From Octopus sinensis (taxonomy: Eukaryota), in NCBI RefSeq assembly GCF_006345805.1, contig NW_021827950.1:1-9434 (forward strand): 9,434 nt of DNA. Reading direction: 5' to 3'. The notes beneath the pieces are model-generated. The model worked only from the letters and a program-made list of their open reading frames with translations. It had not been told where the DNA came from and ran no database searches. Every line of letters starts with the position of its first letter. Position 1 is the stretch's first letter. A program made the translations under genes and the position numbers. This document shows, one piece after another, positions 7,214 through 9,434 of the stretch.

Positions 7214-7440
7214 TTCATAAGCTTCCGTTATATATATATATATACACACGACGGGATTCTTTCAGTATCCGTCCACCAAGGTTTTGGTCGGCCCGAGGCT
7301 AGTGTAGAAGACACTTGCCCAAGGTGTCAAGCAGTGGGACTGAACCCAGAAGTACGTGGTTGGGAAGCAAGATACTTACCACACAGCCACTCCTGCGTCT
7401 GCTGTTTTTTTACAAAATAAATTTTTATCAAATTTTTTTT

Positions 7441-7480
7441 TGTTCAGCCTAGAGCTGCGGCCATGCTGCTGCACCGCCGT
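7441..7480 (-). mobile_element. Isolated SINE 3'-tail fragment
   Basis: Minus strand ggcggtgcagcagcatggccgcagctctaggctgaacaa followed by an A-rich run. It resembles the recalled common octopus SINE tail. Confidence 0.4.
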
Positions 7481-7669
7481 TTATGTCTACTTATAGCAAA
7501 GAAGTAGGTGGACATGGCTATCTGAAGGTAAAGTGCCTTGTAGGTGACAAGATATTAACTATCCATCTTTAAGGTGGATGGGGAAGGAAGCTGTAAAGCG
7601 CAGGGCAAAATATCTTCCAGTTCAGTTCAGTGTTCAAGTCTCGCCGAGAACAAATTCTTCCTACAACAC

Positions 7670-8021
7670 ATCCACTACCATCGTCATCATCAGTACCACC
7701 ACCGCGACCGCGACCGCCACTGCCACCGCCACTACCACCACAACCACAACCATCATCACTACCACCACCACCAGTGAGACTTCTGTCGGCAGAAGCTATG
7801 CTGCCATCACCACAAGGCACTAACTGCCATGATCCCAACCATCCTTATCACCATCATCTTCGTCATCGTCATCATCATCATCACCATGATCATCATCGTC
7901 ACCATCATCGTCACCATCATCATCATCATCATCATCATCGTCGTCGTCGTCGTCGTCGTCATCATCATCATCATCATCATCATCTTCTTCATCATCATCA
8001 TCATCCTCTTCATCATCATAT

Positions 8022-8052
<31 letters not shown>

Positions 8053-8057
8053 CATCA

Positions 8058-8122
<65 letters not shown>

Positions 8123-8192
8123 TTCATCATCATCATCATCCTCTTCATCATCATATTCATCATCGTCACCATCATCATCATCATCATCATCA

Positions 8193-8228
<36 letters not shown>

Positions 8229-8330
8229 TCATCATCATCATCATCATCATCATCTTCATCATCATCATCATCCTCTTCATCATCATATTCATCATCATAT
8301 TCATCATCGTCACCATCATCATCATCATCA

Positions 8331-8366
<36 letters not shown>

Positions 8367-8439
8367 TCATCATCATCATCATCATCATTATCATCATCAT
8401 CATCATCATCCTCTTCATCATCATATTCATCATCGTCAC

Positions 8440-8484
<45 letters not shown>

Positions 8485-8605
8485 CATCCTCATCATCATG
8501 ATCATCATCATCACACTCGCCATTTTCATTCGCATCATCACTAGAACTAACGTCATTATCATTAGCACGGTCGCCGCCGCCGCCGCCAGCATCATCACCA
8601 CCACC

Positions 8606-8642
<37 letters not shown>

Positions 8643-8665
8643 GCAGCAGCAGCAACAACGACAAC
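7670..8665. repeat. Compound trinucleotide domain: ACC/GCC block, long ATC/GTC array with a higher-order period of about 135 nt, then GCC/ACC/AAC/AGC runs
   Basis: Directly visible; the anchor ctcttcatcatcatattc recurs at 8006, 8141, 8273 and 8411. Confidence 0.95.
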
Positions 8666-8758
8666 AGCCGCAAAAACAAATTGCGTTTAAAAGAAAAAAA
8701 TGGCCGTTGTTGAAGTGTTGCGTTGAAATGCGATTAAGATATGGAAATATGATTTATG

Positions 8759-8834
8759 GGGAGAGAGAGAGAGAAGGGAAGAGTGGTAGTGAGAGAGAGA
8801 GGAGAGAGTGAGTGAGAAAAAGAGAGAGGGATCA

Positions 8835-8867
<33 letters not shown>

Positions 8868-9081
8868 AGAAAGACAGAGAGAAAAGGTAAGAGAGACAAA
8901 GAGAGGGTCCGAGCGTGCGAAATAGATGGATCGATAGATAGATAGATGGAGAAAGATAGATAGACAGACAGACAGAAATACAGATATAACATATGCATAC
9001 ATACATATAATACATATATATATATATATATAATATTATATATATATATATATATATAATTCTATATATATATATTTTATA

Positions 9082-9149
<68 letters not shown>

Positions 9150-9157
9150 ATATATAT
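8759..9157. repeat. (GA)n purine tract, then (GATA/GACA)n, then a long (TA)n
   Basis: Directly visible. Confidence 0.95.
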
Positions 9158-9236
9158 AAACGGGAAGCTTATGAAAATAAACAAAAGACGAAGGCAGGTG
9201 GAGTACAAACAAACAATTGTGTTAGTATGGCGCTCA
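9158..9236. mobile_element. Short (TA)n-flanked interspersed repeat fragment
   Basis: Complex 79-nt island between TA runs. Its first 21 nt recur inverted at 7210-7229 with one indel, showing that it is repetitive. A Penelope-like terminus is inferred. Confidence 0.5.
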
Positions 9237-9257
9237 TATATATATATGTATGTATAT

Positions 9258-9320
<63 letters not shown>

Positions 9321-9321
9321 T
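9258..9321. repeat. (GATA)n microsatellite
   Basis: Directly visible. Confidence 0.97.
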
Positions 9322-9434
9322 GTTTCTTTATTGTCACACAAGGCTGTTTTAGGAAGAGAAAAAAAAGGGGCGATAGAATTTTGATCAAAAAAGGGATCAT
9401 GGGAAAAAAGGAAAGAAAAAAAGGAAGCAGATCA

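Larger units (their letters stand above)
6657..7399 (-). mobile_element. tRNA-derived SINE split in two: head 7399-7247 and 3' body 6765-6657, separated by an expanded internal microsatellite with nested insertions
   Basis: A box TGGCTGTGTGG (7389-7379), B-box-like GGTTCAGTCCC (7346-7336) and a CORE-like caccttgggcaagtgtcttctac (7326-7304). The 3' part tgtgtctgtgtttgtcc...cgcttgacaa...cccgtaact...ggcaaaagaga is recalled as belonging to the same octopus family. Joining the two halves relies on that recall. Confidence 0.65.

Noticed and set aside
6448-7545. Candidate upstream-exon ends reading YK on the minus strand (near 6448 and 7537)
   Set aside because: In-frame stops a few codons upstream, no cyclase similarity, and one lies within an inverted-repeat element.
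7569-8713. His/Arg-rich, Ile/Val-rich and Met/Thr-rich long ORFs
   Set aside because: Multiple frames are open simultaneously because ATC/GTC repeats lack stops; simple-repeat artefacts.

Overview
Eukaryotic, microsatellite-saturated DNA; the repeat families look like those of Octopus (inferred from recall of these families, not from a search). The only genuine host coding sequence is two minus-strand exons (2651-2794 and 626-780) of a soluble guanylyl cyclase alpha subunit (GUCY1A/Gyc-alpha99B-like). They splice in phase 0 across a 1870-nt GT-AG intron, and the exon at 2651-2794 is absent from the ORF track. No upstream exon was found, so 2795-9434 is most likely one long intron. The introns contain a decayed Hsmar1-like mariner (about 3225-4413, + strand), several tRNA-derived SINEs (one internally deleted, one tandemly duplicated, one split by nested insertions) and a roughly 560-bp LINE-like 3' remnant. 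They also contain many simple repeats and a cluster of (TA)n-flanked fold-back elements. The most interesting signal is two minimal type I hammerhead-ribozyme-like folds (4550-4595 and 1894-1941). Both lie on the host gene's sense strand and both carry core mutations, consistent with Penelope-like retroelement termini. Nearby are a perfect 70-bp-arm palindrome (7037-7179) and a long imperfect inverted repeat (6419-6653) that would make the pre-mRNA strongly double-stranded. Nearly all other ORFs in the track are microsatellite artefacts.
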